Made by a program: the position numbers and the translations under genes
In this document: positions 17,301 to 26,162 of the stretch, one piece after another
Layout: each line of letters begins with the position of its first letter
Position numbering within the stretch: the stretch's first letter is position 1
Source: Terriglobia bacterium
GTDB lineage: Bacteria; Acidobacteriota; Terriglobia; Acidiferrales; UBA7541
Direction of reading: 5' to 3'
Length of the DNA: 43,238 nt
Assembly: GCA_041476305.1 (NCBI GenBank)
Contig: JBGOTC010000001.1
Span: 1 to 43,238, forward strand
The notes under the pieces: generated by a model
Seen by the model: only the letters and a program-made list of their open reading frames with translations
Database searches by the model: none
What the model was told of the DNA's origin: nothing

Positions 17301-18407
17301 GCTGAATTGCATTCCTTTGAACTGCAGTCGAACTTGCCCTCGCATTGCGCCACCGAGCGCTTGCGCCTCGAAATCCGGCACATTCATCTCTCCGCGCGCG
17401 ATATGGAATGTTCCCCGACTGGAAATCCCTGAACGGTGAAACCATTCGTATGGCAGCGAAATATCACGCGCCGAATAGCGGCCGTCGGCCAGCCACTCAC
17501 CGTTTCGGAAACTTCCTTCGCCGGAGAGGTCCACGCGCCCCCCGGGAACGGCTGGCGTGCGCGTGACGGTGCGAACGTCCCGCAGGTCGAGCCAGCCGCG
17601 CGAGCGGAATTTCACTGTGGGGGCAACAAAATGTTCGACGTCGCCCTGGAGATCAAACATCGAATTGGGAAGCTTGACGAGCAATTGTTCCACGTGGAAC
17701 AAATCAGCCGCGATGGTGAATTTCATCGAGAGACCGGCGGCAAAGGGAAGAAACTTTCGGGCGGCAAACGTAATTCGCTCCCATTGGAGCTGACCAGCAT
17801 AGACCGGCGCGCCATGGGACTGCTCTAGGTTAAGAAATAGACCGAAATTATCCCCTTCAGCCTCAAGAGGCCCGCGAGCAGCATTGATCGCGATGGTTCC
17901 TTCTGTGAGTTTGAAATGGCGGAACTTGAGTTCAAAGAGACGTTTATTCCAAGGAAGGGATCCGGCTTGAGGCGTCTTGGGTCCCGGCACATTGGACGAG
18001 CCATCCGGATTGAAGCGCAGATTCACGGCGGGGCGCACTATCCTGAGGTCACGCAGCGAAATCTTCCTGCTCCAGAAAGAATCCAGATGGAGCGAGACAG
18101 CCATCGAATCCGCGTGAAACAACGGAGGCGTCCCTTCCATCTCCCTGCCGTGGATGGTGAGTCCGGAAAGGTCCGCGCGCATCCTAAACGCGGAGAAATG
18201 AAAGCCTGCAAGCTCAACACGCCCTCCGGTTGTGGCAGTGATTCGATTGATGACGGCGTTTCGGATCATGCCGTCAAACCATCCAAGCTCCAGCACGGTG
18301 AAGCCTGCCGCGACAACGACCACCAGGATTAACGCAACCCGCAGCGTCATCCTGGTCAGCCTCCGCAGGAAGCCGCGCTTGCCTTTCGGTTTGGGCGTCT
18401 TTTTCAT
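14388..18407 (-). CDS. tamB: Translocation and assembly module subunit TamB-like (DUF490)
   Basis: 1339 aa with an N-terminal basic segment plus TM anchor (LRVALILVVVVAAGF). The body is long and beta-rich. The C-terminal DUF490-like end is (...ITYVTNITGAQQEVIQVEYLV...FRKRFK). Confidence 0.8.
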   Translation of the reverse strand: MKKTPKPKGKRGFLRRLTRMTLRVALILVVVVAAGFTVLELGWFDGMIRNAVINRITATTGGRVELAGFHFSAFRMRADLSGLTIHGREMEGTPPLFHADSMAVSLHLDSFWSRKISLRDLRIVRPAVNLRFNPDGSSNVPGPKTPQAGSLPWNKRLFELKFRHFKLTEGTIAINAARGPLEAEGDNFGLFLNLEQSHGAPVYAGQLQWERITFAARKFLPFAAGLSMKFTIAADLFHVEQLLVKLPNSMFDLQGDVEHFVAPTVKFRSRGWLDLRDVRTVTRTPAVPGGRVDLSGEGSFRNGEWLADGRYSARDISLPYEWFHRSGISSRGTFHIARGEMNVPDFEAQALGGAMRGQVRLQFKGMQFSVESHASDMDLSALLAAVANKTFPVETFHWAGRVQVDAVTTWTENFKHLNSRGTSDWSPPAAISMGQPAEKSVPVAAHFDYDYSMNRRAVIIRASEISTPASRITIAGTIGGANSALDVGLDVRDLEPWDDFINRLRGASVAPVRITGQASWRGTLTGPLANPIFTGHTHLLQAAYGNLYWDDVEGDIKYSNSGLRFSRAHMRHGISAAQLDLALTLDDWSFKPDSQWTLDADLLRTPTVGLQEMFGWNYPVNGLLSGQFHVRGTHASPQLSALFDLEELNAWGWPVDRARGQLTLDHDQVRITNGEIRMTPLGGKMGRAPSLLTGNFAYRFADASVNFDLTGAVIPLEAIRSIQSPKLPLGGELSFQIHGSGPLLAPLAQGTIRLVDFRAGHDNLGSFEGKLIADGKHGRVDLSSAPPAATIDGFVEVAFAGNLPIHGELDVHGLDPDSVIRAGLHLEGLTGHSNVDGHFSLTGALREPDSISVDAKLSRLSFDYSGVRLENDGPIHVTYRRNEIRIDQAKLRGTDSDFQISGFARFAGDRALSLKVLGKIDLRLISGFVPRLDARGAAGINASVEGTLSVPRINGRLDVADGSANYGDFPAGLSKVSGAIVFDASRLMFENVRAEVGGGELLLSGSLTYGAGFSALRYDITTRATNVRIRYPVGMSWLTEGTLRLSGGTQSAVLSGNIIVHRLLLAADMDLGSLIVSTKDPLRAPATSSAFLRNLQFDIQARSTPDARVEWGGSSFESEADLRVRGTWENPILLGHIGLLNGDLTFAGNRYRLSRGDIDFANPFIGPVLNIQAATTVQQFEVTLDISGPLSRLSMNYRSDPPLPTSDIISLLALGRPTDANTSRGSVSGQTPGMGASALLSQAISSQLGGRIEKLFGISRFRVDPFLAGTGNEQNAAARVTIEQQVGHNLRITYVTNITGAQQEVIQVEYLVKSDVSIIALRDYNGTFGLDVVFRKRFK

Positions 18408-19117
18408 TGCGGCGATATCAGTTCAGATCCAGGCCCAACAGTCGCGTCTCGCGGAGACGGCGGCACAACCTCAACTTTTAATCTCGCACGGCTATCCACA
18501 AGCCATTTTTCCGCGCGCGCCGAAATATCCCTCTGCACCAACAGCTCCTGGATCTGTTTGCGGACGGAATCCAGCGGAGGCGCCTTTTCACCGCGCGCCG
18601 TCATCTGAGGCACAAGCTCATCATCGTAATATTTCCGCTCCGCCGCCTCATCCACCTGCACGGCCGGGCGGAATTTGTAGTCGAGATAGCGGCTAAAGAA
18701 AATCGCGCGGCGCAGCAGCCGGCGCACAGCGGCCGCGGAAAGCCCCAGTTCCGCCAGCCGCGCGGCGAATACCGGCTCGCCGCCCAATTCCTTTTGCATT
18801 TGATCGAAGGCGGTGTTCGCATCCTCAACGGCGGGTTCTTCAAAACGCGCGGCCCTTGCTTCACGCTCGATCATCCACTGGTCAATCAGCTCCTCCAGCC
18901 GTTTCGATGCCGGTTCAGGCTTCGCCCCGCTGAGCAGCTGAAACTGGCCCAGTTCGCGGAGGTCGCTCAACAAAAGGATGTCACCTTCCACGCGGGCCAC
19001 AACACGGTCCACCACCTCCCCCGCGCGCGCTTCCTTTCCAGCGAGCACAAGGGAAACCAGCATGCCGACGGCAATTGCCGCCAGTATTCCCGCACCGCGG
19101 ATTGATTTCGCCGGCAT
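18404..19117 (-). CDS. SurA N-terminal-domain-like periplasmic chaperone (no PPIase domain seen)
   Basis: The start is at ATG 19117..19115 (MPAKSIRGAGILAAIAVGMLVSLVLA signal/anchor), overlapping the upstream TGA (TGATG). VDRVVARVEGDILLLSDL...LIDQWMIEREA resembles SurA_N-type domains. The stop overlaps the tamB ATG (ATGA). Confidence 0.6.
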   Translation of the reverse strand: MPAKSIRGAGILAAIAVGMLVSLVLAGKEARAGEVVDRVVARVEGDILLLSDLRELGQFQLLSGAKPEPASKRLEELIDQWMIEREARAARFEEPAVEDANTAFDQMQKELGGEPVFAARLAELGLSAAAVRRLLRRAIFFSRYLDYKFRPAVQVDEAAERKYYDDELVPQMTARGEKAPPLDSVRKQIQELLVQRDISARAEKWLVDSRARLKVEVVPPSPRDATVGPGSELISPQ

Positions 19118-22100
19118 CAGAAAACGTCTCCTAGGTTGAAAAAGAACTGGAATCGAGGGAGCCGGGTAAGTTGCGTCCCGTTTATCCCACAACCCGGATT
19201 GCCGATGGTGCAAGGAATGAAAAACTGGGCGGCGTTCAACTGATAGGCTAGGTCCACTCTCACCGGGCCAATCGGCGTCGCGTAGCGGAAACCAATGCCC
19301 ACTGTGTGCGAGAAATAGGAAAGCTCGCCCGAGGTCTGCGATGCAGCCGTGGGGGCCGATCGCAGCGTAATCGTTCCCAATCTGCTGAAGACATTTCCAG
19401 CGTCGTAAAAAATCGCGCCGCCGAGCTTGGTGCCCAGCTTGGGCAGCCGCATCGGGAAGCGCAGCTCCTGATTGAACACAAGCATCGCCTGACCGCCCAC
19501 GGGAAATCCGGTGACGGGATCGCGTGGCCCGGCCTGATTCAATCCAAATCCTCTCAGCGAAGAACCGCCGCCGCCAAAGAAGCGCTCCGGGAGCGGGATC
19601 TCCGACGAGATCGTGTCGCCGAGTGTCTGCTGCAGGCCGAAGCGAACCGACCGCGCGATCACCAGGCCGGGCCCGACCCGGTAGAAACTTGAATTTTGAA
19701 GGAAGACGCGGGCAAAACTCGCGGAGGACCCAATTGGTTTGCCGGCCAAGGAAAAATCGATTGAATTGAAATTACCACGCGTGGCATCGGAGGGATTGTC
19801 ACGATGGTCCCGCAACCAGGAAACGCCGAACTCTGAGACCAGCGTGGGCTGGCTGAACAGCGGGATTTGTTGCGGAGCGATCTGCAGAGATGAAGCGTCC
19901 ACCAGCGCCTTGCGAAAAGAATAGCGGTAGAGAACAGTGGTGAAATGGGACAAGCGCTCGGCGAGCTGCAGGCTGCTTTCATAACGCGTTGAAGTGAACG
20001 TCGTGACGTCCCGCGACTTATCCGCAAAGATGGTTGCCTGCAGGCTGAAGCTGGGATTGCCGAAGTAGTTTTGCGCCGTGTAGCTCAAAAGCGCGCGGCC
20101 CTGCAACGTGCTTGCGCGGACCTTGAAGGAGAGAGTGTCGGCTCGCCCGGAAAAATTGGCCTTGGTGATCTCAAACGTGAGCCGCGGACTGGCCTGAAAT
20201 GACCCTGAAACGGCGGAGTTCCCGGCGCCACCCAATCGCTGAACTTCCACACCACCGCCGTAAGCCAGTGTGTATCGTTTGGCTTCCTCCACAATGACGG
20301 TGAGTGTTTTTTCCCGATCGATACCCGTGGGATTCTGTTGTGCCAGTGTTACGCGGCTGAAGATCCCCAGGTTGTAGAGCCTGCGCTGTGTCTCTATGAC
20401 ATCGCCCTCGCGCAAAGGCTCCCCCGGCTTCACCTGGACTTCGCGGGCAATCACTCCCCGGCGGGTGCGCTCAAACCCACCAATCAAGACTTGCTTGATG
20501 CGGACTTGTTCGCCTTCCTCGATGGTAATCGTGAGGGCCACGCGGGGTTGCCCGCCGGCGTTTTCAGAAGGCGGCAAGTCTTCCACTTTGGACTTGAACA
20601 CCGCCTCCGGAAAACCTTCGTTGTAGTAAAGCGCCAGAATATTGTCGCGGTCCGTGGACACGTTGAATTCGGAGAAAGGCTGGCCGGGGGAAGACCCAAT
20701 CACGTCGAGCAGTTGTTCCCGGGAAAGCGCTTTGTTCCCTTCCAGGGTCAGTTTTCCCACCATCGACTGTGGACCTTCCTGCACGCGAAGATGCACAAAC
20801 AACTCGTTTTGCCTGCCGAGATAGTTCTTGTCAATCTGGCTCGTGACGTTTGCATCGCGGAATCCGTTGGCGCGGTAGAGTTCGCTCAAGGAGACCGTAT
20901 CGTCCTCCAACAGCCTTTGACTGAAGCGTCCGGGAGACGCGTAGCTTGCGGGATGGATTCCCAACCGGCTACGCAGCATCTCACCGCTGAAATAGTGCTG
21001 CCCCTCAAAACTGACACCCACGAGCCGCTGGCGCGGTCCGCGCTGAATGTCGTAGGTGATGACTTGCTCCCTGGGGCCGCCGGTTTTCTTTTCCGCGGGA
21101 TCAGCTTCGCTGAGTTGATAGGTGACCACGGCCTCAAAATAGCCTAGCCGCTCGAAATAATCCCGGAGCTCCCGGCGGCCCTCGACCAACAGATCAGGAT
21201 CCACCGCCCCTTCCTCATAGACCGGGACGCGCTTGCGCAGTTCCTTGGCTGGAATCTTCGCGCCGGTCACTTCCACGCGGACGCGCAGCCCTGCAATGGC
21301 ATCCAGGATCAGCGGGACTGCATTTGTGGTCGGATCATAAGTTCCGCGATGGAGTGTGGCTCTCGAACCGAGGTAATCCTGCTTCACGAGGTAAGCCCGC
21401 AAGCGGTCTTCAGCGCGTTTCAGGTCGCGCGAATCGAAGGACTTTCCGGGTTTCAACTTCGCGCGGGAAAGCAGTTCGGCGTCCGAGAGCGGAGTGAGGT
21501 TTTTCACCGATATCGCGCCCATGCGCGCGCGCCGCCCGGGCGTCACACGCACAGTCAGGTTCATCTGCAGCGTGGCCGGGTCGGGCAGGCGCTCCACATC
21601 GATTTGCGCCTGATAGAGCCCGTCCTGCACAAGTGCTTCTTTCAGCCGCGCCAAGCCTTCCTGCAAGTCGTTCTCATGAAATGGCTCTCCGACCGCCAGC
21701 CGCATGGCGGCGAACGCAGAGGACTCATTCGGCGGCTCCGCCAATCCCTCGATGCGAACAATGCCGGTGTAGAAATTCAGCAGCACGACGAAATCAACCC
21801 GGATGCCGCCTTGCACCACCGTCGCTTCGGCGCGCAAATCGGCGAATTTCCCGCTCGCGAAGAGTTTGCGTACGCTTTCGCGAACGGCATAGGAATCGTA
21901 GGGGTGTCCGGCGAGCAAGGGCAGGTCTGCGGGATCTTGCGCGATGAGCATGCCCGATTCAGTAATCACACGCACTCCGAGGACCGGCTTTCCTTCCATC
22001 TGTGCAACGTCCTGAGGGGAGACGTCGGAGGGTTTTTGAGAATGAATTTGTTGTGGAGTGCTCCCCGCCGCCGGAGGAACCTGCGCGTGCGCGGCCGCTC

Positions 22101-22167
22101 CACCGAAACCGGTCGTGGCCGCCAGGATAATCAGCGATGAGATTCTCAAGAGCCGCATGAAGTCCAT
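19117..22167 (-). CDS. bamA: Omp85-family outer-membrane protein assembly factor (BamA/TamA-like, multi-POTRA)
   Basis: The start is at ATG 22167 or 22158 (MDFMRLLRISSLIILAATTGFGGAAAHAQ signal). It has POTRA-like repeats and a C-terminal barrel ending ...RLPRFQFFFNLGDVF (terminal Phe). Confidence 0.8.
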   Translation of the reverse strand: MDFMRLLRISSLIILAATTGFGGAAAHAQVPPAAGSTPQQIHSQKPSDVSPQDVAQMEGKPVLGVRVITESGMLIAQDPADLPLLAGHPYDSYAVRESVRKLFASGKFADLRAEATVVQGGIRVDFVVLLNFYTGIVRIEGLAEPPNESSAFAAMRLAVGEPFHENDLQEGLARLKEALVQDGLYQAQIDVERLPDPATLQMNLTVRVTPGRRARMGAISVKNLTPLSDAELLSRAKLKPGKSFDSRDLKRAEDRLRAYLVKQDYLGSRATLHRGTYDPTTNAVPLILDAIAGLRVRVEVTGAKIPAKELRKRVPVYEEGAVDPDLLVEGRRELRDYFERLGYFEAVVTYQLSEADPAEKKTGGPREQVITYDIQRGPRQRLVGVSFEGQHYFSGEMLRSRLGIHPASYASPGRFSQRLLEDDTVSLSELYRANGFRDANVTSQIDKNYLGRQNELFVHLRVQEGPQSMVGKLTLEGNKALSREQLLDVIGSSPGQPFSEFNVSTDRDNILALYYNEGFPEAVFKSKVEDLPPSENAGGQPRVALTITIEEGEQVRIKQVLIGGFERTRRGVIAREVQVKPGEPLREGDVIETQRRLYNLGIFSRVTLAQQNPTGIDREKTLTVIVEEAKRYTLAYGGGVEVQRLGGAGNSAVSGSFQASPRLTFEITKANFSGRADTLSFKVRASTLQGRALLSYTAQNYFGNPSFSLQATIFADKSRDVTTFTSTRYESSLQLAERLSHFTTVLYRYSFRKALVDASSLQIAPQQIPLFSQPTLVSEFGVSWLRDHRDNPSDATRGNFNSIDFSLAGKPIGSSASFARVFLQNSSFYRVGPGLVIARSVRFGLQQTLGDTISSEIPLPERFFGGGGSSLRGFGLNQAGPRDPVTGFPVGGQAMLVFNQELRFPMRLPKLGTKLGGAIFYDAGNVFSRLGTITLRSAPTAASQTSGELSYFSHTVGIGFRYATPIGPVRVDLAYQLNAAQFFIPCTIGNPGCGINGTQLTRLPRFQFFFNLGDVF

Positions 22168-22374
22168 GAAGGAGGGCGGAAGATTCAGGTTAACACAGGC
22201 GGTGGCGGCGGGGAGCGCGACGCTCCCCGGAATGTGCGTGACCTGCAAACTTGCTCGTCTGGAATTGGTTGTGAATTCGAGTTGTGCGTCCATCGGAGCT
22301 ATCATGTTCATTGGAGAGCGGCACGAGTTACCACATTTACTCACGTCCGCATCCTTTCAATCAGAGTGAGGAAA

Positions 22375-23421
22375 ATGGACTCCGGGTTGGACGAACGATA
22401 TTCGCGGCAAGTGCTCTTCGCCCATATCGGCGAAGCGGGGCAACGCCGGCTTCTGGCCTCCCGTGCCGCGCTCGTCGGTTGCGGCGCGCTGGGCACGGCC
22501 GTTGCCAACTTGTTGGTCCGCGCCGGAGTTGGGCGCCTGCGCCTCATCGACCGGGATTTCGTGGAGCCCTCCAATCTCCAGCGGCAGACATTGTTTGATG
22601 AGGCCGACGCGCAGGCCGCGCTTCCCAAGGCTATCGCCGCCGAACGGCGGCTTCGCGCCATCAACAGCGGAGTGGTTGTGGAAGGCGTCGTCGCCGACCT
22701 CACCTCCCGAAACGCAGAAGAGTTGCTCGCTGGGCACGACTTGATTCTCGATGGCACGGACAATTTCGAGACGCGATTCCTGGTAAATGACGCTGCGGTC
22801 AAGCTCGGCCTGCCGTGGATTTATGGCGCCGTGGTCGGCAGCTACGGCGTGACGATGACCATTCGGCCGGGCGCGACAGCGTGTCTCGCATGTCTGCTCG
22901 AAACAGGCGGCGGTGCCGCAGATTCTCAGCGAGCTCCTCAAGCCGAAGACACCTGTGACACGGTGGGAGTGCTCGCCTCCGCCGCGGGGGTTATTGCTTC
23001 CATCGAAGCCGCGGAAGCAATGAAGCTCCTTGTCGGCACCCAAGAAACGGAAGGCGCTCGCCTGGTTTCTTTTGACGTGTGGAGCGGGAAATATCAATCG
23101 GTGGGAGTAGCGAGGGATCCCGAGTGCCGCGCCTGCGTTCGCCGCGACTTCCGGTATTTGCAGGGCCAGGCGCAACCGCGCGTCACCATGTGCGGCCGCG
23201 ATTCCGTGCAGATTCATGAGAAGAGCCGGAGTCTCGATCTCCCTGCGATCAGCCAACGTCTTTCCGCTGTCGCCGCGGATGTTCGCCAAAATGACTTCCT
23301 GCTCCGGTTTCGCGTCGCTCCCCACGAGATCACGGTGTTCGCCGACGGCCGCGCAATCATCAAGGGCACGCGTGATCCCGCCATCGCGCGCTCTCTTTAC
23401 GCGCGCTATCTCGGCTCCTGA
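22375..23421 (+). CDS. ThiF/MoeB/HesA-family adenylyltransferase (E1-like) with C-terminal extension
   Basis: ATG 22375 is preceded by GAGTGAGGAAA. Motifs: YSRQVLF, LVGCGALGTAVANLLVRAGVG, LIDRDFVEPSNLQRQ, two CxxC pairs (CLAC, CRAC), and a C-terminal ...VFADGRAIIKGTRDPAIARSLYARYLG tail as in some ThiF proteins. Confidence 0.82.
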   Translation: MDSGLDERYSRQVLFAHIGEAGQRRLLASRAALVGCGALGTAVANLLVRAGVGRLRLIDRDFVEPSNLQRQTLFDEADAQAALPKAIAAERRLRAINSGVVVEGVVADLTSRNAEELLAGHDLILDGTDNFETRFLVNDAAVKLGLPWIYGAVVGSYGVTMTIRPGATACLACLLETGGGAADSQRAPQAEDTCDTVGVLASAAGVIASIEAAEAMKLLVGTQETEGARLVSFDVWSGKYQSVGVARDPECRACVRRDFRYLQGQAQPRVTMCGRDSVQIHEKSRSLDLPAISQRLSAVAADVRQNDFLLRFRVAPHEITVFADGRAIIKGTRDPAIARSLYARYLGS

Positions 23422-23443
23422 TTCCTGTCTTCTTGAGGAGTTT

Positions 23444-23794
23444 TTATGGAACGCGCGAAGCGGTGCGCCCGGGTGGCACGCGCAACGCCGCGCGGTCCAA
23501 ACTTTCACGAAGGTTCATCAAGGTCAGGAAGGTGCTCAGCACGCGCGCTTTCAACTCGTCGGGCATGTGCATCCCGCTCGTGGAAACGCGCGCCAGCAAC
23601 TCTCCATGGTTGGCGATGAATTGAATAATCTCCACTTGGCGTTCATGGCTGGCCGTGCCGGTCACCGTCTCGCGGCGTAAATCACTGCAGGTTTGCTCAA
23701 GATGAAGGGTGAAGTGTTGCAGGCACAGGCCTTCGGATTCGATTTGCGGAGGAACCAATCCCTTACATCCAACAGTGCGGCAGGCCGGGCTCAT
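23444..23794 (-). CDS. Hypothetical protein with N-terminal C-x4-C...C-x2-H motif
   Basis: This is the only sizeable ORF in the gap between the ThiF-like and VWA genes. Third-codon positions are G/C-biased, as in neighbouring genes. I recognise no family. Confidence 0.45.
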   Translation of the reverse strand: MSPACRTVGCKGLVPPQIESEGLCLQHFTLHLEQTCSDLRRETVTGTASHERQVEIIQFIANHGELLARVSTSGMHMPDELKARVLSTFLTLMNLRESLDRAALRVPPGRTASRVP

Positions 23795-23930
23795 TGGCGG
23801 ACATCACCCCAAGAGGATGATTCTTTCACCTGGGCCGGTCGAAATCCAGCACTGAACCCGCCGCATTTCTCAAAACGCCACCATCCGATGGTTCAAAGAG
23901 ACTGAAGTTGCGTGCGATCAATCGATTCGT

Positions 23931-24881
23931 CTAGCGTACGCCGGAAACGTAAATTCGATCCTGGGCCAGAAGTTCCACCGCATTATTCTCCACCGTCACG
24001 CGCAGGTGGGCATATCCCGCTTTCGTTCCCGGCGCGGCGAGAAACGTGAGGAGATACTGTTGTCCCAGCAGCCTGCCGATATCCTGAAGGAAGGGCTGGA
24101 AGGAGACCGGTGTATCGAGTCCCAGAAAAAATGAATCGCCGCCGGTTTCCGCCGCGAGCCGCCCCAAACATCCCTGCCCGTTGGAAATCAGAAATGAATT
24201 ATTCTCCAGCCGACCGCTTCCGCTGGCGTACAGCGAATACACAACCACACCCGACCTCTGCGCTTGATCGATCGCTTTCTGCAACGGACCGTTGATCGCC
24301 GGCTGCGTGTCGAAGATCCCGTTGGTCAGGTCAATCCCACTGCTGATCAGCAGGATCACGCGACGGTTGTGTGTCTCCGGCCATTTCTTGACCAGGTCGG
24401 CTACGGAATCGTAGATTCCGTTCGAGGTTCCAGTGATGGCTCTGGGAATCTGAAATGCTTTTGCGGCCAGATCACGGTCGGTGGTGAATTCCTGCTGGAA
24501 GTGCGCCGCTCCAAAATTGGCGTAGGCCACGGCGACACGCGCGTCGCCTGGCAGAGTCCGCAGATAACTTTGCAGTTCACTCCATTGCCCGGCCACGCGC
24601 GTGGAAAGTGAATCGTCGATAAGCACGGCGAGGTCCAGCCGAGCGCTTCCGGCCTGCACGGGTTCCCAGGCCAGGACCTTGCGGACCTTGCCGTCCTGCC
24701 TCACCACAACTTCATTGGGAGAGATCTTCGGAGGTGCAACCTGGTCGCGGCCCGTCGCCGTGACGGTGACGGTCAACGCGACGCCTTCTTCCTGTGGAGG
24801 GGGTGGTGTCTGCGCGACGGTGACCGCCGCGCAAAACCACGCCACCGCTCCGGCAACCCAGAGTTTGGATCGAAAGCCCAT
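23931..24881 (-). CDS. Secreted von Willebrand factor A (VWA) domain protein
   Basis: ATG 24881 has AAGGAGG 6 nt upstream. The signal peptide is MGFRSKLWVAGAVAWFCAAVTVAQ. The MIDAS-like motif is LIDDSLS (DxSxS). The architecture resembles the VWFA-related family that I recall being expanded in Acidobacteria (unverified). Confidence 0.75.
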   Translation of the reverse strand: MGFRSKLWVAGAVAWFCAAVTVAQTPPPPQEEGVALTVTVTATGRDQVAPPKISPNEVVVRQDGKVRKVLAWEPVQAGSARLDLAVLIDDSLSTRVAGQWSELQSYLRTLPGDARVAVAYANFGAAHFQQEFTTDRDLAAKAFQIPRAITGTSNGIYDSVADLVKKWPETHNRRVILLISSGIDLTNGIFDTQPAINGPLQKAIDQAQRSGVVVYSLYASGSGRLENNSFLISNGQGCLGRLAAETGGDSFFLGLDTPVSFQPFLQDIGRLLGQQYLLTFLAAPGTKAGYAHLRVTVENNAVELLAQDRIYVSGVR

Positions 24882-24988
24882 GCGAACCTCCTTGTACGCG
24901 GGCCGCACTTCGGCCCACTTACTTGGATGGCTCGAAACCTGATAAGGGGTGCTCGGTCAGGATCCCAGCCAGCGCAGTCCTGCGCGGC

Positions 24989-25936
24989 TCATTGTTTCAC
25001 AGGAGCGCCGCCGGGTGAAGTTTCGGCGGGCAAATCCTTGCGGCCCGACCATTGTTCCCAGGAGCCGTCAAAAAGGCGCGCGTCATATCCCAGATAGCGT
25101 GCAACGAAATAAAGAGCGCTCGCTTGCTGCCCGATGTGACAGTAAGCAACGACGCGATCACCGCGCTTCACACCCGCCCCGCGAAAGAGCCCTTCCAGGA
25201 CTTCGGTGGATTTGAGTTTACCGTTTTCATCCGCCAGAGCTGTAAATGGCAGGCTCCCCGCGCCGGGGATGTGTCCGCGCCGCTGTTCGTTCGGCTGAGT
25301 CTTGCCGGTATAAAACTCCTCGTTGCGTGCATCCACAATCGCTACTCCGGCCTTCCGCATGTTCGCACTCACATAAGCAATGTCCGCGATGACGTCGCCT
25401 GTGGGACAAGGCGTGACCGTTCCCGTTTTCGTTGCCTTCGTTTCCTCTTTCGAGACCGGCCGCCCTTCCTTTGACCAAAGCAGAAACCCTCCATCCAGCA
25501 CGGAGGTTCGCGAGCCGAAGCCCATGGCATCGAGCGTCATGAACACTCGGGCGGTCGGCGAAAACCAATCCTTTGCTTGATAAAGAATGATGTGGGAATC
25601 ATTTGTCACGCCGAGGCTGGTGAATACTTTCACGAACTGGTCCGGCGGCAGCAACTCAATGGTGAGTCCCGCGGGTGAATTCATCAAATGAGTCTCGTGA
25701 TAATCCGCGAAGATGGAACCGGGAATGTGCCCCGCGTCGTAATCACTCTTCTGTCCCACCGCCAGAACCACCACGTTGGCGTCATGCAAATGTTCCGCGA
25801 GCCACGCCGTTGAAACCAGCATGGTGTCCTTGGTTCCGTGCTCACCACACTTGGCGGGGGAAGCTCCGGCCGTCGCCACCATCGCCGGTGCAATGGCCAT
25901 CACCAGCATCCCTGCAAAAATACGTATCTTCTTCAT
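24989..25936 (-). CDS. Periplasmic tandem-rhodanese sulfurtransferase
   Basis: ATG 25936 is preceded by GGAGGAGAGG. The signal peptide is MKKIRIFAGMLVMAIAPAMVATAGA. It has two rhodanese repeats (GHIPGS.., GHIPGAGS) and the active-site loop CHIGQQAS. Confidence 0.8.
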   Translation of the reverse strand: MKKIRIFAGMLVMAIAPAMVATAGASPAKCGEHGTKDTMLVSTAWLAEHLHDANVVVLAVGQKSDYDAGHIPGSIFADYHETHLMNSPAGLTIELLPPDQFVKVFTSLGVTNDSHIILYQAKDWFSPTARVFMTLDAMGFGSRTSVLDGGFLLWSKEGRPVSKEETKATKTGTVTPCPTGDVIADIAYVSANMRKAGVAIVDARNEEFYTGKTQPNEQRRGHIPGAGSLPFTALADENGKLKSTEVLEGLFRGAGVKRGDRVVAYCHIGQQASALYFVARYLGYDARLFDGSWEQWSGRKDLPAETSPGGAPVKQ

Positions 25937-26067
25937 TGGGTCCTCTCCTCCGTCAGACGCCAAGCGAAATACGCCGCGTCGTGCCACCCCGGGCATGCCG
26001 GAAACGCCCCGGATCATGCTCCCCTAAATGACTTACGGTAGTAGCTCCCATTTTGTTACCGGAAATC

Positions 26068-26096
26068 TTGCTTAACATCAGTTCCAATGCTATACG
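26068..26096 (+). promoter_or_regulatory. Candidate promoter TTGCTT-17-TATACG with TG extension (TGCTATACG)
   Basis: The -35 box is at 26068-26073 and the -10 at 26091-26096, with TG at 26088-26089. It lies about 65 nt upstream of ATG 26163, which has an AAGGAG SD. Confidence 0.35.
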
Positions 26097-26162
26097 AAGG
26101 ACAAAATCCCGCGCATTTTTCGGCGAATCTGTGGTCAGATTCCGCGCGGCAAGGAGCGCCTG

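Noticed and set aside
22168-22374. A TPP (THI-box) riboswitch ahead of the ThiF-like gene.
   Set aside because: I saw no CUGAGA core or the other conserved THI-box segments in the 207-nt region.
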